Assembly: GCA_963821525.1 (NCBI GenBank)
Contig: CAWGED010000019.1
Location: forward strand, 32,001-96,000
Reading direction: 5' to 3'
From: an uncultured Gemmatimonadales bacterium
GTDB taxonomy: Bacteria; Gemmatimonadota; Gemmatimonadetes; Gemmatimonadales; GWC2-71-9
DNA length: 64,000 nucleotides
Each line of letters starts with the position of its first letter. The stretch's first letter is position 1. Positions 1-11,364 of the stretch are shown one piece after another. Made by a program: the position numbers and the translations under genes. The notes beneath the pieces are model-generated. The model saw only the letters and a list, made by a program, of their open reading frames with translations, made no database searches and was not told the origin of the DNA.

Positions 1-465
1 CGTCATGATCGTGAGTGCCGAGAGCGCAAAGAATCCCAGCAGGAATCCGCCGACCGGACCGATCCAGCCATACAAGTAGTACGCGATCATCCCCGGGCCG
101 AATCCGGTGAGTCGCGCCGGAAGCGTGGGTCCATCGAAGTCGCGCGGGGTGACGTGGGTGACGATCCCGACCAGGAATGGCACGACCACGCTCAAGCCGA
201 CGACCAGAACCGCGACTCGCTTCATGTCGAGGCGCGGAAGCCGATCAAACCCGGCGAGCCCGATGCCGAGGCCGAGCAGCGGAAATCCCAGCGCGCCGAT
301 CCCGAGAAACGTCCACAGCGAGTGTCCTACCCAGTTCCCGAGCGGTCCGGTAATGGAGACAGGCAGCAGGGTGATTCCGAGGAAGACCCCCAGCACCAGC
401 GCCGCGATCGCGGTGAGATGTCTGGCCTGATCGTGATCGGGGTGGCGGGATGCGTCAGCGGTCAT
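1..465 (-). CDS. ftsK: Probable DNA translocase FtsK, N-terminal membrane domain (partial, runs off window start)
   Basis: Manual translation from ATG 465 ([30 protein letters not shown]...GPLGNWVGHSLWTFLGIG...) is open to position 1 with several hydrophobic helices resembling the FtsK 4TM region; start overlaps upstream stop (TGATG). Motor domain not visible. Confidence 0.55.
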   Translation of the reverse strand, partial: MTADASRHPDHDQARHLTAIAALVLGVFLGITLLPVSITGPLGNWVGHSLWTFLGIGALGFPLLGLGIGLAGFDRLPRLDMKRVAVLVVGLSVVVPFLVGIVTHVTPRDFDGPTLPARLTGFGPGMIAYYLYGWIGPVGGFLLGFFALSALTIMT

Positions 466-1202
466 CAGGTGGAGGCAGCGGTCACCCGCCGCTCGTGGAA
501 GAGCGCCAGCACCGGATAGGCATCGGCACGGGCGCAATCCAGCACGTCGTGTTTGAAGCCAATCGTGGACAGCTCTCGCCCTGCCCGGCTGCTGAGCAGG
601 GGCCGCTCCCAGCGCTCACCGTAGCGTCGAACCAGGTGAAGCGCCGCCAATCCGGCGTCGTTCAACCCCTGTCGCCGCCGGACTCCGCCCAGCGCGACCG
701 AGGCCAGCCGTCCCGCGCAGTACGCATCGTCAAGCGAAAACCGGTGATCCCGGCCGGCACAGAGGATGACCAGATCGCGATCCCGGGCCCAGATCTCCCG
801 GGCGGCCGCGGCCGCGAGCGAGAAGTTCGCCGCGGCGGCGCAGTAGACCTGGGCCGCGCCCTGTGCCGCCAGCAGTGCTCCGGTGCCGTTCGTCGTCGTG
901 ATGATTACGAGACGTCCCTTCACCGCTTCAGGTGTCATTTCCCGGGGACTGTTGCCGAGGGCAAACCCCGGAATGGGGAGGCCGTTACGCTCGCCCGCCA
1001 GCACGACCTCGCCCGGGCCCAGGGTCTGGGCCATGCGCAGGGCTTCTTCGGTTGACGGTACCGGAATGACTGCGCGGGCGCCGTGATGTAGGGCCGCGCA
1101 GACTGTGGTCGAGAGCCGCAGGATGTCGATGACGAACACCGTGCGGCCCTGCACCTCGGCCGGGGTGAGGCCGAGCGGGGAAAACAGAACGTCCAGCTTC
1201 AT
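465..1202 (-). CDS. comB: 2-phosphosulfolactate phosphatase (ComB) family protein
   Basis: Motifs VIDILR, LAGERNG, GNSP, TTTNGT, DDAYCAG; intact 245 aa ORF. Confidence 0.9.
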   Translation of the reverse strand: MKLDVLFSPLGLTPAEVQGRTVFVIDILRLSTTVCAALHHGARAVIPVPSTEEALRMAQTLGPGEVVLAGERNGLPIPGFALGNSPREMTPEAVKGRLVIITTTNGTGALLAAQGAAQVYCAAAANFSLAAAAAREIWARDRDLVILCAGRDHRFSLDDAYCAGRLASVALGGVRRRQGLNDAGLAALHLVRRYGERWERPLLSSRAGRELSTIGFKHDVLDCARADAYPVLALFHERRVTAAST

Positions 1203-2554
1203 GCCTCAGGATCGAAGAGCTGCGGCTGGCGCTCGAGGAACTTGGTGTCGACCCGGCCGGCCACGAAGTCCGGGTGACGGATAACCCGGCCGAGGAATGG
1301 GATCGTAGTCGTAACGCCCTCGAGGACGAAGCTGTCGAGTGCCTGGCCCATCCGCGCGAGCGCCTCCTCGCGGTCGTTGCCATGGACGATCACCTTCGCC
1401 AGGAGAGAATCGTAATAGGGTGGGACGGTGTAGCCGGCGTAGATGTGGCTGTCCAGCCGCACGCCGGGCCCGCCCGGCGGATGGTAGGCGGTGATGACCC
1501 CGGGCGAAGGCTGGAAGTTGCGGTAGGGATCCTCGGCATTGATCCGGCACTCGATGGCGTGGCCGCGGAGCCGCGCCCCGTCGCCCCGGAAGCTGACCGG
1601 GTCGCCCGACGCCACCCGGATCTGCTCCTTCACCAGGTCGAAGCTGGTGACCATCTCCGTCACCGGGTGCTCCACCTGGATCCGGGTGTTCATCTCCATG
1701 AAGTAGAAGCTGCCGTCCTCGTCGAGCAGGAACTCGATGGTGCCCGCGCCGGCGTAGTGATCGCCGACGCGAGCCGGATCGCCGCCTCGCCCATGCGGGC
1801 CCTGAGCTCAGGAGTGAGGGCCGGACTCGGGCTCTCCTCGATCAGCTTCTGGTGCCGCCGCTGCACCGAGCAGTCCCGCTCCCCGAGGTGGACCACGTTG
1901 CCGTGCAGGTCGCCCATGACCTGGATTTCCACGTGCCGGGGCCGCGCCAGATACTTCTCGACGTACACCTCACCGTTTCCGAACGCCGCCAGCGCCTCGT
2001 TCTGCGCCAGCGAGAACGACTGGGCGAACTGCTCCGCTTCCTGCGCCACCCGCATTCCCTTGCCGCCGCCGCCCGCCGTCGCCTTGATGATCACCGGGAA
2101 TCCGATGGCCTCGACGTGCTCAGCGCCTCGTCGAGATCCTGGACCGTGCCTGGAGTTCCCGGCACGGTCGGCACGCCGGCTTCCTGGGCCAGGCGCTTGG
2201 CGGTGGCCTTGTCTCCCATCTGGCGGATCTGGTCGCCGGTGGGGCCGATGAAGGCGATGTTGGAGGCCTTGCAGGTGTCGGCGAACTCGGCGTTCTCGGC
2301 CAGAAAGCCGTAGCCGGGATGGATCGCGTCGGCGCCGGTGATTTCGGCCGCGGCGATCAGGTTGGGGATGCGAAGATAGGACAGCCGGCTGGGGGCGGGC
2401 CGATGCAGACATCGTCGTCCGCGAAGCGGACGTGCAGCGACTCGCGGTCGGCCTCGCTGTAGACCGCCACAGTCTCCACGCCCAGCTCCCGGCAGGCCCG
2501 AATGACCCGCAGGGCGATTTCCCCGCGGTTGGCAATCAGGACTTTCTTGAACAT
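1199..2554 (-). CDS. accC: Acetyl-CoA carboxylase biotin carboxylase subunit (frameshifted in this sequence)
   Basis: [60 protein letters not shown] spread over ORFs 2357..2554, 1690..2535, 1199..1699. Confidence 0.95.
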
Positions 2555-3735
2555 CAGGGTGCGATATCCTGGGAGATGTCCGCGTCAGGCTTCCCGCCCT
2601 CCGCGATGCCGCTGAAGGTCCGGTCGGAGGCGGCGCTGACGCCCGACGCGCGCAAGGCGAATTCGCTCGGATTGCTGGAGTAGAACAGCGCGCTCTCGTA
2701 GGAGATCACCTTGTCCCGGTACCACTTCATCAGCGACTGGTCGAACGACTGCATGCCGTAGGCCTCGGTGCCTTCCGCGATCAGATCGGGGATGTTGAGC
2801 GCCTTCTCGATGTCGCGGATGTTGTCGGCCACCGCGGCGGTGTTGATGAGCACCTCGGCCGCGGCGACCCGTCCCTTGCCGTCGCTGCGGGGAACCAGGC
2901 GAAGGCAGACAACGGCCTGCAGCGCGGTCGAAAGCAGCGAACGGATCTCCTGGTGCTGGTGCGGCGGATAGAAGGAGATCACCCGGTTGATCGTCTGAGT
3001 CGCGTCGGTCGTGTGCAGGGTCGAGAAGACCAGGTGGCCGGTGTCGGCCGCCTTGAGCGCCGTGTCCAGGGTTTCCATGTCGCGGATCTCGCCGATCAGG
3101 ATCACGTCCGGGTCCTGCCGCAGCACGTGGCGGAGCGCGGTGCCGAAAGACAGCGTGTCGCTCCCCACCTCGCGCTGCGAGATGTTGGCGTGCACGTCGC
3201 GGTGCAGGAACTCGATCGGGTCCTCGATCGTGATGACGTTGACCCGCCGGTTCTGGTTCACGTGGTTGATCATCGCGGCGAGCGCGGTGGACTTGCCCGA
3301 GCCGGTCACCCCGGTGACCAGCACGAGCCCGCGGGGCTTGAGGGCGATCTCCTCGAGCACCTCCGGGAGATGGAGCTCCCGGATCGTCTTGACCTCGTAC
3401 GGAATCGCGCGGAAGGCGAAGGCCAGCGTGCCGCGCTGCTGGTAGATGTTGGTCCGGAAGCGGCCCACGCCCGGCACGCCGATGGCGAAGTCCGCTTCCT
3501 TCTTCTCGGCGAACTCCTTCACCTGCCGCGGCGTCATGATCTGCTCGGCCAGCAGCTTCAGGTCTTCCGGCTTGAGGGGCGGCATGTCGAGGCCGGCGAG
3601 CTCGCCGTTGACCCGGATGGTCGGCGGGCGGCCCACCTTGAGCAGCAGGTCGGAGCCGTTCCGCTGCACCATCTGCGAAATGGCCTGCTTGAAATTGAAC
3701 GGCGCGACCGGGCCCGTCGCGGCGGCCTCAGCCAT
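2554..3735 (-). CDS. pilT: Type IV pilus retraction ATPase, PilT/PilU family
   Basis: Start MAEAAATG at 3735; Walker [10 protein letters not shown], Asp box [23 protein letters not shown], His box [20 protein letters not shown]. Confidence 0.9.
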   Translation of the reverse strand: MAEAAATGPVAPFNFKQAISQMVQRNGSDLLLKVGRPPTIRVNGELAGLDMPPLKPEDLKLLAEQIMTPRQVKEFAEKKEADFAIGVPGVGRFRTNIYQQRGTLAFAFRAIPYEVKTIRELHLPEVLEEIALKPRGLVLVTGVTGSGKSTALAAMINHVNQNRRVNVITIEDPIEFLHRDVHANISQREVGSDTLSFGTALRHVLRQDPDVILIGEIRDMETLDTALKAADTGHLVFSTLHTTDATQTINRVISFYPPHQHQEIRSLLSTALQAVVCLRLVPRSDGKGRVAAAEVLINTAAVADNIRDIEKALNIPDLIAEGTEAYGMQSFDQSLMKWYRDKVISYESALFYSSNPSEFALRASGVSAASDRTFSGIAEGGKPDADISQDIAP

Positions 3736-4262
3736 TGGGATCCACCCGGAACAGCACGGTCCCGAACTCGACCGGTGGGCGTCGTCGAGACAGACTTCCC
3801 TCACCACGCCGGTGACCTCGGCCTCGATCTCGTTCATGATCTTCATCGCTTCGATGATGCAGACCGTCTGCCCGGCCGACACCCGGCTGCCGACCTTCAC
3901 GTAGGGCTCGGCGCCCGGCTCCGGCGCGCGGTAGAAGGTTCCCACCATCGGCGACTTGATTTCCTTGAGCGCGGCGGCCGCCGGCGCCGGCGGGCGCGGG
4001 ACTCCGCCGCCGCGGCGGCCGACCGGTGCCGGGCGCAGCGGCGCATCGGCATCGCCATCGGGGCCGATACCTGGACGGCATGATTGCCGGTCCGGGTGAT
4101 GAGAACCCCGGTGCCGAACCAGCCCTTCACTTCGATCGAGCCGATCTCCGGCGACTCCCGCAGCAGCTCGACCAGGTGCCGGACATCCTTGAGATCGATC
4201 GAACGGATGCCGGGCAGCTTGGTGAGCAGCTTGGCGAGATCGGTGGTTTCTTTGGTATTCAT
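3728..4262 (-). CDS. accB: Acetyl-CoA carboxylase biotin carboxyl carrier protein (frameshifted)
   Basis: IKSPMVGTFYRAP, biotinylation motif EAMKIMNEI, C-terminus [15 protein letters not shown] in a second frame; N-terminus MNTKETTDLAK. Confidence 0.92.
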
Positions 4263-4286
4263 GGCCGTGAGTTGGCAGGTTGCGGT

Positions 4287-5383
4287 TCAGACCAGCTCGA
4301 CCAGCTCGACCCGGTTGTCCGACAGGAGCTCGGTCCCGTCTCCGGTCACCAGTGCGTCGTCTTCCAGCCGAACCCCGCCCCACTCGGGAAGATAGATCCC
4401 GGGCTCGACAGTTACCACCGCGCCCGGCGGTAGGGCGGTCTGTCCGCGTCGGCCCTACCCGGGGCGCCTCGTGCACCTCGAGCCCCAGGCCGTGCCCCAG
4501 CGAATGCCCGAAGGCCTCTCCGAAGCCTGCCGCGACGATGACTTCGCGGGCCAGGCGTCGGCCTCGCGGCCGGTGAGGCCGGCGCGAATTCCATTGAGCG
4601 CCCGTCGCTGCGCGCTAGCGACGGTGTCGTAAACCAGTCGTTGCCGCTGATCGGCCCGGGCCCCGACCACCACCGTCCTGGTCAGGTCGGCACAGTATCC
4701 GTCCACCTGGGCGCCGAAGTCAAGCAGGAGGCACTCTCCCGCCTGCGATGGTCCGCTCGCTGGTGCGGGCATGGGGCAGCGCGGCCCGCGGCCCCGACGC
4801 CACGATGGTCGGGAACGGATGCCACTCGCTCCCCCTCCTGCGCAGCGCGGCCTCGAGCAGCGCCGCCACCGCGAGTTCCTGCTGTCCTGCTGTAATCTCC
4901 CGGCAGCACCTCGCTCAGCGCGGCCTGGGCTAGCTCCGCGGCCCGACGGATCGCCTGCACTTCGCCGGGGTCCTTTACCAGCCGGAGCTGCTCGACCAGG
5001 TCGCTGACCGGCTCCCACTGCGCTGTGCTCGCATCGCGACGATTCGCTCGCCATCGCGCACCGTGGCGACGTGCGCCTCGAAACCCAGCTCGCTCCGTGG
5101 TTCGCTTCGCGCACCACGCTTGACGAGCCGGTCCCAGGCGCTGACCTGGTCGATCTCGACTCGGGCGCGCAGTCCCCGCCTCGCTCGGGGCCTGCGTCGC
5201 GTAGCGGAAATCGGTGATGAGGGCGGCGCCGGACGCCCGGATCAGCAGCAGCGCCGACGAGCCGGTGAACCCTGTGAGGTAGCGGATGTTTGCTAGCGAC
5301 AGCACCAGCAGCCCATCGAGTCCTGCCGCAGCAAGCCGCGCCCGCAGGGCGCCCTGGCGGGTCTCCCGGCGGTCAGCCACCAC
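4287..5383 (-). CDS. Xaa-Pro aminopeptidase, M24B family (multiply frameshifted)
   Basis: [47 protein letters not shown] and TVEPGIYLP segments in different frames; stop TGA at 4289-4287. Confidence 0.88.
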
Positions 5384-5813
5384 GGAGCCGCGCACACCAG
5401 CGCCTGCAGCGCGAGGAGGTAGCCCAGCGGGCCGAATCCGGCGACGACGCCGAGGGCGAGATCCGCCAGCCGGGAGTGCCGCCGCTCCGGTTCGCGCGCA
5501 AAAATGTTCGAGAGATGCACTTCCACGAACGGCACTTTGACGGCCAGGAATGCGTCGCGGATCGCGAGGCTGGTGTGGGTGAAGGCCGCGGCATTGACCA
5601 GCGCGCCCTCCGCCTGTCCCCGTAGCCCCTGCACCGCGTCGACGAAATCTCCCTTCGTGATTGGTCTGGTGCCACTCTAGTCGAGACGCCGAGCCGGCGC
5701 AGCCTCATCCCGCACCATTTTCTCGAGCTCCGCCAGCGTGGTCGTCCGTACAGCTCCGGCTCTCGCGCACCCAGCAGATTGAGATTCGGGCCGTTCAGAA
5801 CGGCGATGTGCAT
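5373..5813 (-). CDS. aroQ: Type II 3-dehydroquinate dehydratase (frameshifted)
   Basis: [46 protein letters not shown]. Confidence 0.93.
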   Translation of the reverse strand: MHIAVLNGPNLNLLGAREPELYGRPRWRSSRKWCGMRLRRLGVSTRVAPDQSRREISSTRCRGYGDRRRARWSMPRPSPTPASRSATHSWPSKCRSWKCISRTFLRANRSGGTPGWRISPSASSPDSARWATSSRCRRWCARLRGG

Positions 5814-7728
5814 TCACTTCTTGAGACTCTTCAGCCAGTTCTGGAACTGGTCGAGATCTTCTTCCAGGCCGGAGGGCTGGAGTAGTCCGGCCCGACGACT
5901 GCGAGCCGGCTCCCCTGAGCGTCCTTTCCACCGAAGAACTGATCGAAGGAGAAAGCGTGACCCGTCGTAGGCGTTGAGGCCGAGGGCGGAGCAGGCGGGG
6001 TCGCGGGTGGCGGCTGGGTGCTTTCCTCGCCGAAGATGGCGCTGAGCGACAAGGCGTCGTTCGCCGGCCGGGTCGGCGCGCCGGGCGATTGATCATCCGC
6101 TTGCGGCTCGGCACTCGGCCGCGACGCGGGCTCGGCCAGGCCACCGAGGGCCGCGGGACGGGCGGCGGCGAGAGAGTGGAAGAAAGATTCCACCGATTCG
6201 CCACCCGTGACCGAAGCGGAGTAGGCCGGCCATCTCGCAGTTGCGGGCTCGCTGCCGGCTCCCACCAATGATTCGAGCTCCCGGATCTTCGCCTCCAGCC
6301 GATGATCGCCCGGCATCTGCTCCAACAACCGCCGATAGACATGAAGCGCCTGATCGTTCAGACCCTGGCGGTGGTAGGTCTCGGCCATGCTCTCGGTGAA
6401 GATCGGCTCCGGCTCGGTCGGGGTTTCGTCCGGGTGGGAGATCCGGCGACTGCGCGGCGGAGCTTCCTGTGCTGCATCATCGGGAAAAATAAGTGGGAGC
6501 TTGTCGGAGCGCTCTTCGACTGCGGCCGCCGGTGCCGAAAGGTCGATTACTTCCCCCTCGACGACCTCCTCTGTCTTCCGCCGGCGGCGTCTCGTCTACC
6601 GGCGGCAGCATGACGGTCTCTTCCATCGCCGCGGCGTCGGCCGGCGCGAGATCTCGAGCCGGATCCGAGGCATTCTGATATTCCCCGCCGCCACCGCTTG
6701 CGCCGAGGAGGTCCTCGGTTCCGCTGGGCGTCTGAAACTCGTTGGAGGGCGAGGCAGACATCGCAAGCTCGGACGAAGCGTCCGGAACCTGGAATTCGGA
6801 GGAGGTGGAGGGCTGTACGTCCAGCAGGTCGTTCGAATGGTCCGTCGGCTGGAACTCCGAACTAACCGCGGGACGAATATAGATTTGCGAAGGCTCCTCG
6901 TGACTGAGCACTTCGATACCGAGGTCGGCCGGCGGGTCTGAATTCATCGTCCCGTTGCAGGTCGGTCAGCGGCGTGAGTGATGCCGTCTCCGCCGCTGCC
7001 GCCGCATTGAACTCGACCGACTCGACGCCGGCCATCGGTTCCGGCGCCGTGGTCCCGAATTCCGCCGAGGGGAGAAGGTCACTCTCCTCGAAGGGGACGC
7101 TCTCATGGCTCGACTCCAGAGGCGCTGAAGTATCTGGCTCGGGAGGCGAGTACTCGGCGGGAGAATCGAAAGTCGGAGTGGGGACGGTCTCTACGACGAG
7201 AGCGTCGTCATCCTCGATGGGCTCCGGCACCGGTTCATCGAGCGCCGCGTCCTGGAGTACCGGTTCTTCTGGCGGGGATACTTCGGCAATCGGCTCGGCA
7301 GATATGACGAGAGCGGCCTCCTGCTGCATCCCTTCGACCCTCTTCAGCTGGTCCCGAGCATCGTCGTTGGTGGGATCCACCTGCATCAAGCGGCCCAGCC
7401 ATTGGGACGCTTCCGCCAGCCTGCCTTGCCGCTCGGTGATATCTCCCAGTGCCTTGAGCGCGATAACGTTTTCCGGATCCAGCTCCAACACATGCGAGAA
7501 CGCCGCCTCGGCCCCGCCTTCATCGCCCATGTCGAGGCAGCAACGCCCTAGAACGATGTTTCCGGGAATGTGGTCAGGATTATTTACCAGGCCCTGCTGG
7601 AGCACCTCACGGGCCCGTTCCAGCTGCCCGTCCTTGCGGTAGACCTCCGCCAGCGGCGCGAAAACGGTCCCCTGTGGATTCTCTTTCCAACGGCGCTCGA
7701 GCTTGTCGATCTCGCTGGTGTAAGCCAT
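5814..7728 (-). CDS. TPR protein with long acidic low-complexity linker (frameshifted)
   Basis: N-terminal TPRs (FAPLAEVYRK...LELDPENVIALKAL), Glu/Pro/Ser-rich middle, internal TPR (MAETYHRQGLNDQALHVYRRLL), C-terminal helix EEDLDQFQNWLKSLKK*. Confidence 0.75.
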
Positions 7729-7767
7729 CCGGGGCCCTATGCCTAAGTTGTTGTGGTAATTGAACAA

Positions 7768-7796
7768 ACATTAGCAACCCACTGCGGGGCTGTCAA
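7768..7796 (-). promoter_or_regulatory. sigma70-type promoter for the TPR-aroQ-accB-pilT-accC operon
   Basis: Minus strand TTGACA (7796-7791), 17 bp spacer, TAATGT (7773-7768), about 40 bp upstream of ATG 7728. Confidence 0.7.
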
Positions 7797-7818
7797 CTCT
7801 TGGAGGGGGCGCAGCCGC

Positions 7819-7847
7819 TTGAGATTCGGGGTTCTCCGGCGTAGACT
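7819..7847 (+). promoter_or_regulatory. sigma70-type promoter for the ppiD-like gene (divergent)
   Basis: TTGAGA (7819-7824), 17 bp spacer, TAGACT (7842-7847). Confidence 0.6.
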
Positions 7848-7898
7848 TAGCCCTCTTTTTTCGGGTTGCCTCCGACTACTGGAGCAGGTTACCGCCGT

Positions 7899-9754
7899 AT
7901 GATGAAATTCTTCCGCAGTGTGGGTGGCAAAATCGCCGCGTTCGTGTTCGCGGTGCTGATGTTCATCTTCGTCGTCACCTCAGTGGATTGGAGCCAGATC
8001 ACCGGCGGCTCCCGTTCCACGGTCGGGGTGATCAACGGCGTCTCGGTTCCGGTCAACGCCTACCAGGCGATCCTGCAACAGGCCATCGACGCCCGCCAGC
8101 GGCAGAGCAGCTCCTCCCTTTCGGCCGACGATATCGAGGAAATCCGAAATCAGGTGTGGGAAAACCTGATCCAGGAACAGGTCATGAGCTCGGAGTTCAA
8201 ACGCCGCCACATCAGCGCCGACGCCGAGGAGATCGCAGAAGCGATCAAGAACAGCCCGCCGCAGGAACTCACGAACGTGCCGGAGTTCCAGACTGAGGGG
8301 AAGTTCGATCTGGCGAAATACCAGCGGTGGCTCAACTCCAGCATCGGCAGGCAGTACATCCCGCAGCTCGAGGCGCAGTATCGCGAAGAGATCATGCGGG
8401 GCAAGCTGCTGAGGGTCGTGACGGCCGATGTGTACCTCTCCGACGGGGCGCTGTGGCAGTCGTATCGGGACGCTCATGAGACTGTGACGATGCAGCTCAC
8501 CGCGGTGGTGCCCCGTGACGTGGTGCCCGATTCGGCGGTCCCGCTGACCGAGGCGGAGGTCAAGAAGTATTACGACGATCACCTCGAGCAGTTCCGGCAG
8601 CCCACGACCGTGTACCTGAGCTACGTCCAGATCTCCCGTCTGCCCGTCGCGAGCGATTCGGCCACGGCCCTGGCTCGCGCCGAAGAGATCCGCAAGGAGA
8701 TCCACGACGGAGCGCCCTTCGCCGAGGTAGCCAAGCGGGAGTCCTCCGACACCGTGAGCGGCGCCAAGGGCGGCGACCTCGGTGAGTTCAAGAAGGGCGC
8801 AGATGGATCCGGCCTTCGAAAAGGCCGCCTTCAGCCTGCCCATCGGCGCGCTTTCCAATCCGGTCCTGTCCAGCTTCGGCTATCACATCATCCAGATCGA
8901 ATCGCGTTCGGGAGACAAGGCCAAGGGCCGCCACATCCTGATTCCGATCGAGGTCACGGGGGATCATCGCGATCACCTCGATGCTCAGGCCGACAGCCTG
9001 GAATCGCTCGGTGCCGATCGGCTCGATCCGGCCGCGCTCGATACGGTCTCCCGAGTCATGGGACTCAAGATTGGCCGTGCCAATCCCACCCAGATCGGGA
9101 GCAAGGTGATGATCGGGATGCAGGTGATTCCCGAGGCCGCAGTCTGGGCCTTCAAGGCCAAGCAGGGGGAGACCAGCCGGGTTATCGAGTTGAGCTACGC
9201 CTACATGCTCTTCCGCCTGGACAGCCTGCATGCCGATCGAGTACCGCCCCTCGACCAGATCCACGGTGCGGTGGAAATCGCGGCGCGCAACGCCAAGAAG
9301 CCGGAGATGGCCAAGGCTGTCGTCAACGATATGAGCAAACGGTTGGCGGAGGGCAGTACGCTCGAGCAGGCCTCCAAGGCGCTTCACTTGCCCTTCCAGC
9401 AGTTACCGCCCTTCGCCCGGGTCAATCCTCCGTTCCCCAGCGCGATTCTGGTCGGGGCGGCGTTTGGAGTGGACACCGGCAAGGTGGCCGGCCCGATCGA
9501 AACGGACGAGGGTACCTACTTCCTGAAGGTCGTGAAGCGGGTCAAGGCGGATTCCGCGGCGTACGTTGCTGACCTGAATCAATTCAAGATCCAGCAGGTT
9601 CGCCTGGCCCGGCAGGATCGGGTCCGGAGCTATCTCGCCGCCTTGCGGGAGAACGCGAAGGTGGATGATCGCCGGGCGCGGATCTTCACGACCGATGCGC
9701 AGGCCGAGGCGGCTCAAGCAGCCCAGGCAGCTACAGACTGGCAAGAAGCTCTGA
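7899..9754 (+). CDS. PpiD/SurA-like periplasmic chaperone, parvulin PPIase (frameshifted near 8795 and near the 3' end)
   Basis: N-terminal membrane anchor, SurA_N-like region, parvulin motifs FAEVAKRESSD..GGDLG and FGYHIIQ; probable natural stop TGA 9752-9754 just before a terminator. Confidence 0.85.
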
Positions 9755-9776
9755 TCGAAACTGATCGGCAAACAGA

Positions 9777-9807
9777 AAGGCCCCGGGACTTCCCGGGGCC
9801 TTCTTTT
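9777..9807. terminator. Bidirectional intrinsic terminator between convergent ppiD-like gene and tatA
   Basis: AAGGCCCCGGGA-CT-TCCCGGGGCCTT inverted repeat with A-rich 5' flank and T-rich 3' flank. Confidence 0.8.
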
Positions 9808-9830
9808 CGGGCTCGCGGCCTGACGATCGC

Positions 9831-10083
9831 CTACTGGCTCAGGCGCTTGGGATCGCCACCCGAAGGCGGGGTCGAGACCTTCGAGTCGATCTGGCGCGAT
9901 CCGCCATTGCGATCGGGCTCGTTGCCGGTGATGGCGTCGTTGGTATCGCTCAGGCTCCGCTTGAACTCACGGATTCCCTTGCCGAACGACGCGCCGATCT
10001 CGGGCAGGCGCTTGGCGCCGAACAAGGAGTAGAACGGCCACGAGGATGAGCAGCAGCTCGGGGAAACCGATGTTATTGAACAT
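9831..10083 (-). CDS. tatA: Twin-arginine translocase TatA/TatE subunit (frameshifted near 5' end)
   Basis: MFNNIGFPELLLIL... then LFGAKRLPEIGASFGKGIREFKRS. Confidence 0.9.
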
Positions 10084-10097
10084 GGCGACTCCAGCAC

Positions 10098-10370
10098 CTA
10101 GAAGAGGGAGCGGGCGATCAGATAGGCCACCAGCACGCCAACCAGCGCCAGGAACGACACATGGAGCCCCAACGGCCCCAACGTCAAATTAATCACCAGG
10201 AGGTCAATCGACACCGGCCCGATTGACGGGCTCCAGGTGGCGGTGAACACGGTCTTGGCGACGCTGTCCGGAACCACTTCCCTGATGAGCGCGGTAAAGA
10301 ACCCGCCCACGATGAATCCGGCGACGAGCACGCCAAGATAGAAGCCCGGCCGCCTCGGTCCACTGGCCAT
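10098..10370 (-). CDS. Small membrane protein, DUF4321-like
   Basis: 90 aa, MASGPRRPGFYLGVLVAGFIVGG...IDLLVINLTLG...LVGVLVAYLIARSLF; start overlaps upstream stop. Confidence 0.65.
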   Translation of the reverse strand: MASGPRRPGFYLGVLVAGFIVGGFFTALIREVVPDSVAKTVFTATWSPSIGPVSIDLLVINLTLGPLGLHVSFLALVGVLVAYLIARSLF

Positions 10371-11364
10371 CAGCGCCGGCGGTCGAGCACGTAGGTGATA
10401 CTGGCGCGCAGCGCGTCCCGGGCCGGGCCGGCGGGCAGCGCATCGAGCTCGCGACTCGGCCTGCTCCGCCAGGCTCTGGGCACGTTCCCGCGCATACTCG
10501 AGGCCGCCGATTTCCGCCACCAGGCCGACGACGTCGGCGATCTGGTCATCGCTCGGTTCGGGGGTCTCCATGAGACGCTCGACTTGTTTTCGGGCACTCG
10601 GGTCCATTCGCTCCAGCGCGAAGATCAGCGGCAGGGTCACCTTGTGCTCCCGCAGGTCGGACCCGGACGGTTTGCCGGTGACCGATGTGTCGCCGACGTA
10701 GTCGAGCAGATCGTCGATCGATCTGGAACGCCATGCCCGAGGTACTCGCCGAAACGCCGCAGCGCCTGCCGCTCCGCCGGCTCGCGCCCTGAGCGCGCCC
10801 ACCTCGCAGGCTCCCGAAAGCAGCGACGCCGTCTTCGAGCGAATCAGCAGATCGTACTCCTGCCTCGGAGAAAGCCAGCGGCTCGTGCGCCATGAGCTGC
10901 CGCATTTCACCGACCGTCATCTCATTGGTCACCCGGCTCAGCACTCGCAGCGGCTCGAGATCTCCAGCCGGACCAGCTCGATCACCGCGCGCGAATAGAG
11001 ATAGTCGCCCATGATCACCGAGATCTGGTGACTGAACAGGGCGTTGATGGTCGGCATGCCGCGACGCAGCACCGAGTGATCCACCGAATCGTCGTGCACC
11101 AGCGTCGCGAGGTGGATCAGCTCGATCACCGCCGCCAGGGTCGGCGCGCGCGGATCCTGCGACGGCGGACGCCTCTTCGGAGAGCAACAGCAGCGTCGGC
11201 CGGAACATCTTGCCCTGCATCTGCAGCAGGTGGCCGTTCACCTCGGCGATGAGGCCGAAGTCGCTCTCGATGATCCGGCGCAACTCCCGCTGCACCGTCT
11301 CCAGCCTCGTCCGGAGCGGTGCCTGCAGACTTGCCAGCGTGACTGGCGCAGTTCCCGATGTCAT
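10370..11364 (-). CDS. Polyprenyl diphosphate synthase (frameshifted)
   Basis: GKMFRP, ELIHLATLVHDD...RRG (first Asp-rich motif), AFQI.DDLLDY, GKPSGSDLREHKVTLP. Confidence 0.9.

Noticed and set aside
465..1202. Coenzyme M biosynthesis implied by comB
   Set aside because: No comA, comC or comDE nearby; ComB-family phosphatases are widespread in bacteria without coenzyme M.
2554..4476. 640-aa ORF suggesting an AccB-PilT fusion
   Set aside because: AccB's true C-terminus ([15 protein letters not shown]) is in another frame ending at 3728 and PilT has its own ATG at 3735; the join comes from a frameshift near 3775 in an error-rich patch.
10098..10910. Apparent prenyl synthase-membrane protein fusion
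   Set aside because: The synthase ends ITYVLDRRR* at 10370 in another frame, overlapping the next ATG; frameshift artefact.
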